Origin: Borreliella garinii
GTDB taxonomy: Bacteria; Spirochaetota; Spirochaetia; JABEVK01
Direction of reading: 5' to 3'
DNA length: 64,000 nt
Assembly (NCBI GenBank): GCA_020720765.1
Contig: DYOB01000004.1
Coordinates: forward strand, 945-64,944
Each line of letters starts with the position of its first letter. The first letter of the stretch is position 1. A program made the translations under genes and the position numbers. Of this stretch, positions 8,586 through 18,680 are shown one piece after another. Below the pieces are notes generated by a model that ran no database searches, had not been told where the DNA came from, and was given only the letters and a program-made list of their open reading frames with translations.

Positions 8586-9418
8586 TGCCCGAAGGGCAGA
8601 AATTTCCTCGCTCACGCTTCGACCTCCTTGCTCTCGACCTGGACGACACACTTCTCCGTCACGACCTGTCGATTCACCCCGATGACCTTGAAGCTATCCA
8701 ACAGGCTGAAAAATCGGGAGTCCGTGTCGTCCTCGCCACTGGTCGTGGTCCTCAGGGTATGAGTAGATTCTGGCCCGCGCTGGGCATGGATACCCGTCCC
8801 AGTTACGCTGTGGCTTACAACGGAGCCTTGGTTTTACGTACTGACACCAGCGAAATCCTTTTTCAAGAAAACCTGGATGAAGATATCGCCCGCCAGGTAG
8901 CTCAAGAATGTGTGAGGCTCGGCTACCCTATCCAGACTTACAGGGTTGACGAAATCTTAGTCAGTAAAAAAAATGATTGGACGGAGAGAGACACTTACCT
9001 TACTGGGATTCCCAACAGGCTCGCCGGACTTGATGAAATCTGCCACCCCGCACCCATAAAACTTATCGTTCCCGCCGAGCCGGAGGCGCTTGTAAAACTT
9101 GCCCAAAACTTCAAAGAAAGATGGGGGAATGCCGGCCATTTTCTGATATCAAAACCCTACTTTATGGAAATCCTCTCACCTCTGGCTGACAAAGGACTCG
9201 CATTGGCCCACCTTGCCGCCATTCTAGGTGTTCCCCGAGATCGTGTGATGGCTGTCGGTGATGCGATGAACGACGAAGGGATGCTTCGATGGGCCGGCTG
9301 GGGTGTAGCTGTAGCCAATGCCCTTGAAAACGTCAAGGACATCGCTGACGCAGTAACCGAAAAAGATCACAATAACGCCGGTGTTTCAGAAGCTATCAAC
9401 CGGTGGATCTTGGGATGA
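8585..9418 (+). CDS. Cof-type HAD-IIB sugar/phosphate phosphatase
   Basis: HAD motif I LALDLDDTLL and motif IV GDAMNDEGML. ATG 8585 overlaps the fabV stop (TGATG). Confidence 0.85.
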   Translation: MPEGQKFPRSRFDLLALDLDDTLLRHDLSIHPDDLEAIQQAEKSGVRVVLATGRGPQGMSRFWPALGMDTRPSYAVAYNGALVLRTDTSEILFQENLDEDIARQVAQECVRLGYPIQTYRVDEILVSKKNDWTERDTYLTGIPNRLAGLDEICHPAPIKLIVPAEPEALVKLAQNFKERWGNAGHFLISKPYFMEILSPLADKGLALAHLAAILGVPRDRVMAVGDAMNDEGMLRWAGWGVAVANALENVKDIADAVTEKDHNNAGVSEAINRWILG

Positions 9419-10764
9419 ATTACCTTGAGGCCGACACCCAGGAGCCTATCTGCGCCTTAGCCACAGCCCTCTCTGAAAGTGCCCTCGGCGTTATTAGGTT
9501 AGCAGGGAAAAATAGTCTTCAACTCCTGTGCCAGTTTTTTTCGCGGCCCGACGAACTTCTTAAATCTGCATCTAAGCAAGCCGTCTACGGCCGGATTCTA
9601 GCATCAGACGGGACGGTTCTTGACGACGTCGTTGTACTCGTTTGGAAGGCACCGGGAAGTTATACGGGCCAGGATGGAGCCGACATCATGGCCCACGGCA
9701 ACCCCGGCGGTTTGCTTAAGATCATGGACGCGTTGATCTTGGGGGGCTTTAGAAAAGCCGGTCCGGGAGAATTCACCCTCAGGGCCTTTCTATCTGGTAA
9801 AATGGATTTGACCCAAGCTGAAGCGGTCCTTGAGATTATCAAGGCTAAAACTTCGCGGGCACGGGAAATGGCCCTTGTACGTCTCCATGGAGGTATCACA
9901 GAAGCCATCAACGAAGCAAAAAGAGGCGTACTCAACCTCTTAAGCTCCCTGAATATCCAGCTCGATTACGACGAATCAGACGTAGAGTCAATTGGACTCG
10001 CACCTTCAGAAATTCAAAAGGTTGTGAAAAACCTTCGGACCCTCCTCAAGACTTACCCGCAGGGAAGGCTCTACCAGGAGGGGGTGAAAATCGTTCTGAC
10101 CGGACCGGTGAATGCCGGTAAAAGTTCTCTATTCAACAGGTTGCTTCAAGAAGATAGGAGCATTGTCAGCGACGAGGAAGGAACAACCCGGGACTATCTT
10201 GAGGCGTGGATCAGTCTTGAAGGCATTCCGGTTAAGCTCTTCGATACCGCGGGCATCCGCTCTGCATCGGGAGCCGCCGAGGCCGAGGGTATTCGGAGAA
10301 CCCGCATGATCCTTGAATCAGCCGAAATTATCTTGAATGTGGTCGACGGCAGCCTTGGTAAGCCTGTGCAAATTCCTGCACAATCTTTCCAATCCGCCTT
10401 AATAAAAGTTTGGAATAAGGCTGACCTTTCACCCTTGGCCCCTGAAGGTTGGATAGCTGTGTCAGCGTCAACGGGCCTGGGTTGGGAGGCTTTTCATGCA
10501 TCACTTTCAGCAGCTGTCCGGAAACTCGGCGTAGGGTCTTCGGACGGCGCTCTTGCCCTGGACTCGTTAAGACAAAAAAACCTTCTAGAGCAGGCCCTCG
10601 ATTCCCTTGAGAAAACAACCCTCGGCGTACAACAAAATTTACCTTCGGACATGATCGCCTTGGACCTTCAGGAAGCTTTAAGGTCCCTTGGGGAAATCAC
10701 CGGGGAAGTTACCACCCAAGAAGTACTGAACCATATGTTTGGTAGTTTTTGCGTTGGTAAGTAG
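9415..10764 (+). CDS. mnmE: tRNA modification GTPase MnmE (TrmE)
   Basis: G1 GPVNAGKSSLFN, G3 DTAGIR, and the C-terminal FCVGK (CxGK) motif. ATG 9415 overlaps the upstream stop (ATGA); a GTG at 9403 is also possible. Confidence 0.92.
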   Translation: MNYLEADTQEPICALATALSESALGVIRLAGKNSLQLLCQFFSRPDELLKSASKQAVYGRILASDGTVLDDVVVLVWKAPGSYTGQDGADIMAHGNPGGLLKIMDALILGGFRKAGPGEFTLRAFLSGKMDLTQAEAVLEIIKAKTSRAREMALVRLHGGITEAINEAKRGVLNLLSSLNIQLDYDESDVESIGLAPSEIQKVVKNLRTLLKTYPQGRLYQEGVKIVLTGPVNAGKSSLFNRLLQEDRSIVSDEEGTTRDYLEAWISLEGIPVKLFDTAGIRSASGAAEAEGIRRTRMILESAEIILNVVDGSLGKPVQIPAQSFQSALIKVWNKADLSPLAPEGWIAVSASTGLGWEAFHASLSAAVRKLGVGSSDGALALDSLRQKNLLEQALDSLEKTTLGVQQNLPSDMIALDLQEALRSLGEITGEVTTQEVLNHMFGSFCVGK

Positions 10765-10765
10765 G

Positions 10766-11344
10766 TCAAATCCTTCGGCGATCCACACCAGGGAACACAA
10801 AAGCCTTTCCGAAGGCCTGGAGGGCACCAATGGCACCCCCCAATTCGGCCTTGGGGTGGGTGATACGAAATTTCACGTACCAGCCGAAGTACTCGTAGAG
10901 AACCGCATAGGTATAGACGGGTTGGGACTGATTATTCCAGGTAGAAATTCCTTCATAGACCACTCTAAGTCCCTCCTGACCATTGGATTCTGAAATGCCC
11001 TCTTCAATGAGCTTGAGTGTGGGATTCACCTGTTTCATGGCATTAACAACACTGGCAAATTCTTCTCGCCGCCTACCGTCAGATGGGTAAATGTATGCAG
11101 TGATCAGCAGCCCCGGATTTTCACTGAGGTAGTTTGCACTGACATCCAGCCCGTTAGCGTTATAAACCATGGTTTGAACGCGTTGCAAACCGGCAAGCCT
11201 GACCGGAAAAAGGGTCTCGGAAGCAGTATGGATAATAACATCGTTATCCGAATAGCGGAAAACGTCAGAATTTGCTTTCACTGGTGCCGAGGCGCAGGAG
11301 ACCGAAAAGAACACAGCAATATGCAAAAGAAATAGTTTCTTCAT
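10766..11344 (-). CDS. Hypothetical lipoprotein
   Basis: ATG 11344 is preceded by the SD AAGGAGGA and gives MKKLFLLHIAVFFSVSCAS (signal peptide plus lipobox-like SVSC). No recognisable catalytic motif. Confidence 0.6.
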   Translation of the reverse strand: MKKLFLLHIAVFFSVSCASAPVKANSDVFRYSDNDVIIHTASETLFPVRLAGLQRVQTMVYNANGLDVSANYLSENPGLLITAYIYPSDGRRREEFASVVNAMKQVNPTLKLIEEGISESNGQEGLRVVYEGISTWNNQSQPVYTYAVLYEYFGWYVKFRITHPKAELGGAIGALQAFGKAFVFPGVDRRRI

Positions 11345-11418
11345 AAATCCTCCTTTCCCATTTTGCAAGGCCAAGGACAATACGTCAAGTAGATAATTTG
11401 AAAGGTTTGAAAAGAAAT

Positions 11419-11447
11419 TTGACCTGGGCAAAATTTTTAAATATATT
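11419..11447 (+). promoter_or_regulatory. Putative sigma70-type promoter for the adenylate cyclase gene
   Basis: TTGACC (11419-11424), 17 nt spacer, TATATT (11442-11447). About 40 nt of leader with the SD AAGGAG before ATG 11495. Confidence 0.45.
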
Positions 11448-11494
11448 TTTTCTAATCAAAATGTTAAATTTTTTTCATCCTCAAGGAGCATTCT

Positions 11495-12784
11495 ATGGTA
11501 AAAAAACAGAATTTGGCCCTGCTAACTTTTTTTGCGGTCTTCTTGTCCATTCTTGCCGTAGGCGGTTTAGCGATGCCGCTTCTCCTGGACCAACTTCAAC
11601 GTACCTACATTGACATTCAAGCCGACGTCAATAGGCGGCAATCCGTTTCCATGGCCCAATTTATCCGCTCACGCTATGAGAGAGGAGTTTCTAAAGAAGA
11701 AATCCTTGCCGACTTTCAGGCAAGCATCGAAGGTACAGACGCCGACAGAGGCTATGTCTGTGTTATCAACCAAAGTGATTCGGAATTTTTATGCCACCCC
11801 ATGGTATCCATGGTCGGACTCAATATTTCAGTAAAAAATGCGGTCTTCGACACGACTTTCCAGCATGAGGAATTGGTACCTTGGGAAATAGCCATTAAAA
11901 ATCCTGAAAGCAGTTCCGGACTCCTTCTCATCAACAACCTCACTGTAGAAGAAGTCATCCATTCAGAAGTCATTTCCGAATTGGGCTGGGTCGTCAATTC
12001 CCACGAAAACACCAGACGGATACAAGACGAGATCGCTTACTACAGAATGATTTTATTGTTGGGTTCAGCGGCTTTTGCTCTTTTACTTGCCTTCCCTGTT
12101 TCGTTCACCGTGAGGCGTGTAAGCAGAAGCTATGAAAAACAAATAGAAGAAAGCAATATTTTGCTTGCCAGTGAGCGTGAAAAATCCGACCAGCTTTTGT
12201 TGTCGATTCTTCCTAAAGCGATTGCCGAAAGAATGAAGCAAGGTGAACAAGGAATCGTCAACCATTACGATTCGGTAAGCATCCTCTTTTGCGATATAGT
12301 GGGATTCACCCAGTACGCCTCAAAAACCACGCCCCAAAAACTTGTCAAACTTCTCAACCTTCTTTTTTCAACTTTTGACACACTTTGTGTTAAAAATGGT
12401 GTGGAGAAGATTAAAACCATCGGGGATTCCTATATGGCCGTTGCAGGGCTTCCAAATCCAACCGACAACCCGGTTAAACGCCTTGTCCAGCTAGGATTTG
12501 ATATGCTCGATTCTGTTGCAGAACTTAAACTCAACATACAGGTTCGCATCGGTATCCACGTTGGTGAAGTCGTTGCGGGTGTCATAGGCAGTCAGAAATT
12601 CAGCTACGACCTTTGGGGTGATGCAGTTAATCTTGCATCAAGACTTGAGTCCAGCGGTGTACCTGGGAAGATCCACGTGAGTGCCGAGGTGAAAGTTGCC
12701 CTAGGTGACGCATACAACTATATCGATCAAGGTGAGAAAACCCTTAAGGGTAAGGGAAATATTCGCACTTTCCTTATTTCTTGA
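11495..12784 (+). CDS. Class III adenylate cyclase with N-terminal membrane-flanked Cache-like sensor
   Basis: Two TM segments flank a ~170 aa extracytoplasmic region (YVCVINQSDSEFLCHP). Cyclase motifs are ILFCDIVGFT, KTIGDSYMAVAG and VIGSQKFSYDLWGDAVNLASRLES. The Lys in KTIGD is consistent with ATP specificity. Confidence 0.88.
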   Translation: MVKKQNLALLTFFAVFLSILAVGGLAMPLLLDQLQRTYIDIQADVNRRQSVSMAQFIRSRYERGVSKEEILADFQASIEGTDADRGYVCVINQSDSEFLCHPMVSMVGLNISVKNAVFDTTFQHEELVPWEIAIKNPESSSGLLLINNLTVEEVIHSEVISELGWVVNSHENTRRIQDEIAYYRMILLLGSAAFALLLAFPVSFTVRRVSRSYEKQIEESNILLASEREKSDQLLLSILPKAIAERMKQGEQGIVNHYDSVSILFCDIVGFTQYASKTTPQKLVKLLNLLFSTFDTLCVKNGVEKIKTIGDSYMAVAGLPNPTDNPVKRLVQLGFDMLDSVAELKLNIQVRIGIHVGEVVAGVIGSQKFSYDLWGDAVNLASRLESSGVPGKIHVSAEVKVALGDAYNYIDQGEKTLKGKGNIRTFLIS

Positions 12785-12824
12785 TTTTCTCTTCCAAGAC
12801 AGCTAGGATGATGAAGGAGTAACC

Positions 12825-13790
12825 ATGAAAATAATCCTTCTTGTCCTAGGTTTAATAGTCACCGTTCTATTAGGGGTCTTTTTTCTGGGCCCAAGGGTTC
12901 CTGTTGATACGCAGACAATCGCTGTTACTCTTCCTCAAGACCTTGATCTCTACCTCACTGAATCGGAAGCACGGTTTTCCGACATTATCCCAGGTGCAGA
13001 AAAAACAATAGTCTGGGCTAACCCGGAAAAGTCGCAGACAAATATAGCCCTTGTCTATCTCCACGGGTATTCGGCAACGAGACAAGAAACCGCACCACTA
13101 GCCGATGACCTTGCAAAAACACTCGGGGCCAATCTTTTCTATACACGATTAACGGGCCACGGACGAACAGGTGAAGCTATGGCTGAGGCGTCTGTCAACG
13201 ATTGGCTTCAGGATACCTATGAAAGTATCGAGATAGGGAAAAGACTTGGAAAAAAAATCATAATTATCGGCACCTCGACCGGGGGCACCCTTGCCCTATG
13301 GCAAGCTTTAGCTAGTGAAAATAATGAAATCCTCGCCTACATCCTCATTTCTCCCAATCTAGCACCCAGCAACCCCCAATCAGAGATTCTCACACTTCCA
13401 TGGGGAAGCTTTCTCGTTCAAGCGCTTATCGGACCTACCTACTCCTGGACACCCGGTTCCGAAGAACAAGCCCAATATTGGACCCATAGTTACCCTTCCA
13501 CCTCGTTACCTGTTTTGATGGCACTGGTTCAAACAGTGAGGAATTCCAACCTAAGCCAAATTCAGGCCCCCGTACTTGTGGTCTATTCAAAGCTGGACAC
13601 TGTTGTCAATCCCCTCGAAACAGAAAAAATGTTTACTATTTTAGGATCTGAGGTAAAACTCCTTGTTCCCATAGAGAAATGGATCAATGCTGATAACCAT
13701 GTATTGGCGGGTAGGATTCTTGCTCCTGATCATACTAGTACGGTGAAAGAAATCATCATGGGATTTCTCGAACCTCTTATAGTAAATTAA
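12825..13790 (+). CDS. Alpha/beta-fold hydrolase (lysophospholipase/serine aminopeptidase-like), membrane-anchored or secreted
   Basis: N-terminal hydrophobic helix and nucleophile elbow GTSTGG (GxSxG). SD GAAGGAG before the ATG. Confidence 0.75.
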   Translation: MKIILLVLGLIVTVLLGVFFLGPRVPVDTQTIAVTLPQDLDLYLTESEARFSDIIPGAEKTIVWANPEKSQTNIALVYLHGYSATRQETAPLADDLAKTLGANLFYTRLTGHGRTGEAMAEASVNDWLQDTYESIEIGKRLGKKIIIIGTSTGGTLALWQALASENNEILAYILISPNLAPSNPQSEILTLPWGSFLVQALIGPTYSWTPGSEEQAQYWTHSYPSTSLPVLMALVQTVRNSNLSQIQAPVLVVYSKLDTVVNPLETEKMFTILGSEVKLLVPIEKWINADNHVLAGRILAPDHTSTVKEIIMGFLEPLIVN

Positions 13791-13814
13791 ACAATCTGAA
13801 GAATCAGTTTTTAT

Positions 13815-13843
13815 TTGCGCTTACTTTAAACATAGGTTACAAT
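13815..13843 (+). promoter_or_regulatory. Putative promoter for the GH13 gene; predicts a leaderless transcript
   Basis: TTGCGC (13815-13820), 17 nt spacer, TACAAT (13838-13843), 6 nt, then ATG 13850. Confidence 0.45.
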
Positions 13844-13849
13844 CATACT

Positions 13850-15550
13850 ATGAAATACATCAACTCATTTTTAATCACGATTATTCTATTTTTTGTAAGC
13901 GGTTGTGTTGCAACACAACCAACTTCTTCGGCACAGGAGAACAGCCAGCCGGAAGATACAGGAATACCTCTACTCACCCAACCTGATGATCCCTCCCCGT
14001 CTCCAGAAACATTCAGGGATCTCCTGCCCATTGCGCCAGACACGGCCAGAAGCCTGGGTGCTACCCAGCCTGACTGGTATAAGGATGGGGTTTTTTACCA
14101 TATTTGGGTGAATGCTTTCTCCGATTCTGACCGTTCGGGGGTGGGTGACATCAGAGGTATTACACAGAAACTTGGATACCTTAGAGACCTGGGTATTACC
14201 GGAATTTGGCTTTCTCCTTTTTTTGTCTCTTCCAGCGAGGCAATTAACCTTCATATGTACGATACAACGGACCACACCCAAGTCGACCCCCGTTTCGGCA
14301 CGAACGCAGACATTGATGCATTGCTTCTTGCCGCCCATAGGTTGGGCATCAGGGTTATTTTCGACTGGGTTCCCAACCATGTGTCTAATAAACACCCATG
14401 GTTTACAGATTCCGCTGAAAGCCTCAACAGCAAACGGGATTGGTTTGTCTGGCGCCAGGAGGAAGGGAGCCAAAACGGTCCCTGGGGTCAACAAGTTTGG
14501 CATGACAATCCTTCCGGACTTTATTACGGAGTGTTTTGGTCAGGTATGCCCGATATCAATTTCCGCCACCAGGGAGCCAAAGACGCCATCACCAATGTCG
14601 CAATCTCGTGGCTCAACCGGGGCTTCGACGGAATGCGTGTAGATGCTGTAAAATACCTCTATGAAAACCCGGCGTCGGTAGAAGGTGGATACGCCGACCA
14701 GCAGGATACTTTTTCCTATTTCCAAGGTTTACGTTCCCAGGTTTTAGACGCTTACGGTAAAATCACCGATAGAACCGGAAAAGGGTTCCACAAATTTATG
14801 GTTGCGGAAAACTGGACGGATTCTAAAGATAACCTTATATCTTATTTGTTACAGGTTGGGAAACCAGCATTTCATATGACACTGAATTTCCCTTTTGCCA
14901 GCGCAGCAGCAGCTAAAAACACCGATAAGCTCGTCCAAAACTGGGAGTGGTTGACTAAAGAACTCCCAGCTGAAGCGTGGATGGGAAATTTTCTTTCAAA
15001 CCATGACGAGGTAGCACACAGGCCTTTTTCTTTACACGGTCAGGTTCTCGTTCGGGCTGTCACAGCCTTACAGCTGCTGGGTCCAGGCACACCATTTATT
15101 TATTACGGTAATGAAATCGGTATGCCCGATGTAGCCCGTTTCGCTGGAGGCCCCCACGCAGACCGCCGGCACCGGCAACCTTTCACTTGGAATGCTGTTG
15201 AAGAACAGAAAGACGACCCAGGGAGTTTGCTGAGTTTTTATAAACAGTTGATCCAGCTGCGTACTCTCCGTGCAAGTTTACGCAGAGGGGATTTTAAGCT
15301 CCTTCTGAATACCCCAAGGGTTTTTGCTTTCCTGCGCACACTTGGACGTGAAACGAACCTTGTCGTTGTTAACCTTACCGCCCTTCAAGCCGATGTGGAT
15401 ATTGTTTTACCCGCTCCCTTAGATACCCAGGGAAAGATCAACAGAGGGGGCCAGATTTATACTTATGGTACCAACACCTTGAACCTGACACCCGGAAGGA
15501 TAGCAGGTAAATTAGGTCCCGGCGGTATCGATGTATGGGCTATTGATTAA
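13850..15550 (+). CDS. Glycoside hydrolase family 13 (alpha-amylase family) lipoprotein
   Basis: Lipobox FFVSGC. The conserved GH13 regions are present: DWVPNH, GFDGMRVDAVKY, MVAENW and FLSNHDE. Confidence 0.88.
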   Translation: MKYINSFLITIILFFVSGCVATQPTSSAQENSQPEDTGIPLLTQPDDPSPSPETFRDLLPIAPDTARSLGATQPDWYKDGVFYHIWVNAFSDSDRSGVGDIRGITQKLGYLRDLGITGIWLSPFFVSSSEAINLHMYDTTDHTQVDPRFGTNADIDALLLAAHRLGIRVIFDWVPNHVSNKHPWFTDSAESLNSKRDWFVWRQEEGSQNGPWGQQVWHDNPSGLYYGVFWSGMPDINFRHQGAKDAITNVAISWLNRGFDGMRVDAVKYLYENPASVEGGYADQQDTFSYFQGLRSQVLDAYGKITDRTGKGFHKFMVAENWTDSKDNLISYLLQVGKPAFHMTLNFPFASAAAAKNTDKLVQNWEWLTKELPAEAWMGNFLSNHDEVAHRPFSLHGQVLVRAVTALQLLGPGTPFIYYGNEIGMPDVARFAGGPHADRRHRQPFTWNAVEEQKDDPGSLLSFYKQLIQLRTLRASLRRGDFKLLLNTPRVFAFLRTLGRETNLVVVNLTALQADVDIVLPAPLDTQGKINRGGQIYTYGTNTLNLTPGRIAGKLGPGGIDVWAID

Positions 15551-16907
15551 GGACTTCGTGGGGAAGAAGTCTTCTCTTGGGCCTGAAAAAAGTCTTGGGT
15601 GAGTAGTCGTAAAGGTCAGATACACGGGTCATATAGATACAGGCATAATCCTCTATCTGACCTGCGTAACGGCTCTCCTCCTGGCCGGCACGGAGTATTT
15701 CCCCCCAGAAGGGATTGAAATACTTCCGAAAGACACCGAGCTTTTCCGAGATTTCCTGGTTGATCTTATCAGACTCTGCGAAAAGTGCATCAAGTGACTT
15801 TCTATCGGTATGACGGCCTTCATAGCGATCCAGGTCCAAACAGTTGAGCTTGTTCTCGATTTCTTCTTTTCTCTCCATCAAGTCGTCAATAGCCTTCTGA
15901 GCCGGCTGGGCTTTTTTAATATTCTTTATTTCCGTTTCCAGATCATCGAGGACCAGGGCCGTTCTCCATTCGCACTTTTTCTTAATCGAAACCACATCAC
16001 CGTAAATATGATCTCCTACATACAGGATCTCACGTCCATCAAGTCCCAGGTCTTTTTGCAAAGGACCGAACCAACCGCCTTGATACAGTCCTGTATGAAC
16101 AGGTCCGTCCCAATTTGTCATGGTCCCTGATTCAGGGTCAATTTTTAGAAACCTGTTTCCTCTCTCAAAGAATCTGGGTTTGTCTGCCAAGGTGATAACC
16201 GTATCAAAAACCTCGCGCCAACTCTTGGCTTTTTTCCAAAAAGGATCGAGTGCGTATTCTAAAAGAACCTTTGTGTACGAATAGTCTGAATTTGTGATGA
16301 TCATGAGTTTCTTACCGTAGTCCTTATACCTTTCGAGTAAGGCGGGAACCAGGGGATCCCGAACCACGTATCGGCTTAAATCTGCTTTTATGACTTCTTT
16401 GATGGATCCGTCGCGGTGCACCCGATCGACAGCAAGGGAAACATCCTCTGCGATAGTCCCAAAATCGGGAAGCGCTTCACCTTCATTTTTTAAATGAATC
16501 AGTTGTGAGAAAAGAACTCCGGTCGATATGGCGAAAAGCGTATCCATGGGAAGAAAATTCGGGGCGCCTAGATCCACTACGACATTTTGGTATATATCGC
16601 GCATGACACGAAAATCGAGAGGCTGCAAACCATGAAAAGCCATTTTTATTTTTCCGTAGCGGCTGAGTTTAAGAAGATTACCTTTGCTTTTATCGATAAC
16701 CAAACCTACAAGTGCCCGGTTATAGTCAAATGTCAATTTTTTAACAGCGTCCGGGTATCCTTTATGTTCAGACAAATACTTGGCTGCATAGGCGTACGCT
16801 AAAGATTCAAAAGCCTGGGCATCATAGCGAACAAGGGTATAATCCATATCAAAACCAATAAGCTGGATTTGTTTAAGGTTCAGGGATCGATTGACAAATA
16901 CGCTCAT
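15540..16907 (-). CDS. HAD-IG family 5'-nucleotidase (eukaryotic cN-II/NT5C2-like)
   Basis: The N-terminus VFVNRSLNLKQIQLIGFDMDYTLVRY closely matches the cytosolic purine 5'-nucleotidase signature (motif I DMDYT). Motif IV is YVGDHIYGD. The ATG overlaps the upstream stop (ATGA). Confidence 0.88.
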   Translation of the reverse strand: MSVFVNRSLNLKQIQLIGFDMDYTLVRYDAQAFESLAYAYAAKYLSEHKGYPDAVKKLTFDYNRALVGLVIDKSKGNLLKLSRYGKIKMAFHGLQPLDFRVMRDIYQNVVVDLGAPNFLPMDTLFAISTGVLFSQLIHLKNEGEALPDFGTIAEDVSLAVDRVHRDGSIKEVIKADLSRYVVRDPLVPALLERYKDYGKKLMIITNSDYSYTKVLLEYALDPFWKKAKSWREVFDTVITLADKPRFFERGNRFLKIDPESGTMTNWDGPVHTGLYQGGWFGPLQKDLGLDGREILYVGDHIYGDVVSIKKKCEWRTALVLDDLETEIKNIKKAQPAQKAIDDLMERKEEIENKLNCLDLDRYEGRHTDRKSLDALFAESDKINQEISEKLGVFRKYFNPFWGEILRAGQEESRYAGQIEDYACIYMTRVSDLYDYSPKTFFRPKRRLLPHEVLNQ

Positions 16908-17404
16908 GATCCTAATGCTATTAAGGGTTTACAAGCTGCCATCGTACTGTAAAGAGGTTTACCTCCCTTGCTATTCGCCTCATCTTCTTTTGAAACTGAT
17001 AGAAAGACTGCATACACGTTTTTGGCAAGGATTCCCAGGTTTCCAGAAAAGTTTTCCGCCGCCATCTGTGCGACTAGCTGTTCCTGGGCGGACCGGTTTC
17101 TGCCGCTATTCCGGATGATCTGCACGACCTGAGGCACGAGTTGGGAACGTGCTGCTTGAATAAATTGGGTAAGGGCTATCAAGTGGGTATAGAGTTCATC
17201 CAAGTGGAAACCCTGCTGGCGGTAGGCCTCGGTTCTCTCCGTGAAGTTTTCTATCTGGTTCCAATCATCACGGGTCAGGTTTAACATGCGGAACTCGGGC
17301 TTCAGGTAAAAGTTGCATACGTGGTTTCGGTAGTGTCCGGCCAATTCTTCTATTTTCTTAAATATCTCGGGGTTTTGTATAAGCATATGAAGAGTATACC
17401 ACAA
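16904..17404 (-). CDS. Hypothetical protein (predicted helical)
   Basis: The ORF is sandwiched between, and co-oriented with, the cNMP-binding and 5'-nucleotidase genes. The start is uncertain (TTG 17404 or ATG 17386). No motif recognised. Confidence 0.5.
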   Translation of the reverse strand: MWYTLHMLIQNPEIFKKIEELAGHYRNHVCNFYLKPEFRMLNLTRDDWNQIENFTERTEAYRQQGFHLDELYTHLIALTQFIQAARSQLVPQVVQIIRNSGRNRSAQEQLVAQMAAENFSGNLGILAKNVYAVFLSVSKEDEANSKGGKPLYSTMAACKPLIALGS

Positions 17405-17450
17405 CTCACAAGCAAACTTCCATGACCGTCGAGGTTAAATTCGAAGAGAA

Positions 17451-18680
17451 TTACCGTCTGGCGCCCTGGCGTGTCTGGTTGAGCTTGTCCATCTTGCGGT
17501 AAAATTTTACCTGTTTTTCAATATCCGCTGTATCAAGGATCTGAATTTTGTTATCAATGATTTTAACGTTGCTGTTTTTTAAGACTTCTTTCAGGGGTGC
17601 GTTGCCTTCACTAGGCGAAATTCCGACCATTTTCAATAATTCCTGAACTCCAAAGGGAAAACTATGATTCTGGCCTTCCCTGATGGTCACGCGGTTTTTC
17701 TCCAGCTGGATCATCAGTGCATCATACAAGCGACCTATAAGGTTTTCCATAGTTGTATTTGCTAACTGTTTATAGATCAACCAGATTCGGTCAGCAAGAA
17801 GAGTGGTAAGCCGTGTGATGAGCTGAGGCTGCTTCTGGATCATCTGTTGAAAGTTCGCACGGTTCACAGCGAGAAGAGCAGTATCCTCGTAGGCGTCTGC
17901 ACTGGCAGAACGAGCTTTATTGTCCAACAGGGCCATTTCACCAAAAATATCCCCCGGTTTGAGCAAAGCGAGCATCACCTCTTTATCGTCGACGATCTTA
18001 CTGATCTTCACACTACCTTTCTGAATGATATAGAGTTCGTTTCCCGGCTGCCCTTCGGAGAAAATCATAGTATCCTTAGGATAATTCCTGTTGAATTCAT
18101 TTTCGGGCGGTTCGAGGTAGGCAACTTTAGCGTAAGGTTTGATTTTCATCATCCGCTCTTTCGCCATGGCAACATTCGGACCGCCAGGTAAGTGGCGGAT
18201 ATATTGGTAGTAAGAATAAAAGGCCTGGTTGTACTTGCTCTGTCTTGCGTAATATTCAGCTACCTGGAAAAGGTGGTTGGGATCCTCCGTTTCGGCGCTG
18301 TTTTTCAGGGTAAATTGGGTTAAGGCATTATCGAGGTAGCGCATTCTTTTTGAAAAGCCTTGAATAATCTTCAGGGCCACCGGTGCGTTCTTTTCAATGA
18401 GCAGACCGTATTGATCTCGATGAACCTGGATGAGAGACACATCTGAAAGGGCCTGCGCCGTTTCAATATGGCTATGTCCGCTCATGGTGCTCACCACACC
18501 GAAGAAGTCGCCGGGGTTTAGAACATCGGATTCTTCCTCTTGAACGAGCGCAGCTTCCTTGCTGATACGTACCTTGCCACTTCGTAGAATGTAGAAGTGG
18601 TCAGCATTCTGCTTTCCTTCAACAATGATGTAGGCGTCTTTTTTAAAATTTACCAGCGAAAGCTGAAGCGGATTATCCAT
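17451..18680 (-). CDS. Tandem cyclic-nucleotide-binding domain protein with a possible C-terminal winged-helix region
   Basis: CNB domain 1 has GDFFGVVS...ETAQA (degenerate phosphate-binding cassette). CNB domain 2 has the canonical GDIFGEMALL...ARSASA. The C-terminal ~100 aa is helix-rich. The start is ATG 18680 (or GTG 18686). Confidence 0.85.
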   Translation of the reverse strand: MDNPLQLSLVNFKKDAYIIVEGKQNADHFYILRSGKVRISKEAALVQEEESDVLNPGDFFGVVSTMSGHSHIETAQALSDVSLIQVHRDQYGLLIEKNAPVALKIIQGFSKRMRYLDNALTQFTLKNSAETEDPNHLFQVAEYYARQSKYNQAFYSYYQYIRHLPGGPNVAMAKERMMKIKPYAKVAYLEPPENEFNRNYPKDTMIFSEGQPGNELYIIQKGSVKISKIVDDKEVMLALLKPGDIFGEMALLDNKARSASADAYEDTALLAVNRANFQQMIQKQPQLITRLTTLLADRIWLIYKQLANTTMENLIGRLYDALMIQLEKNRVTIREGQNHSFPFGVQELLKMVGISPSEGNAPLKEVLKNSNVKIIDNKIQILDTADIEKQVKFYRKMDKLNQTRQGARR

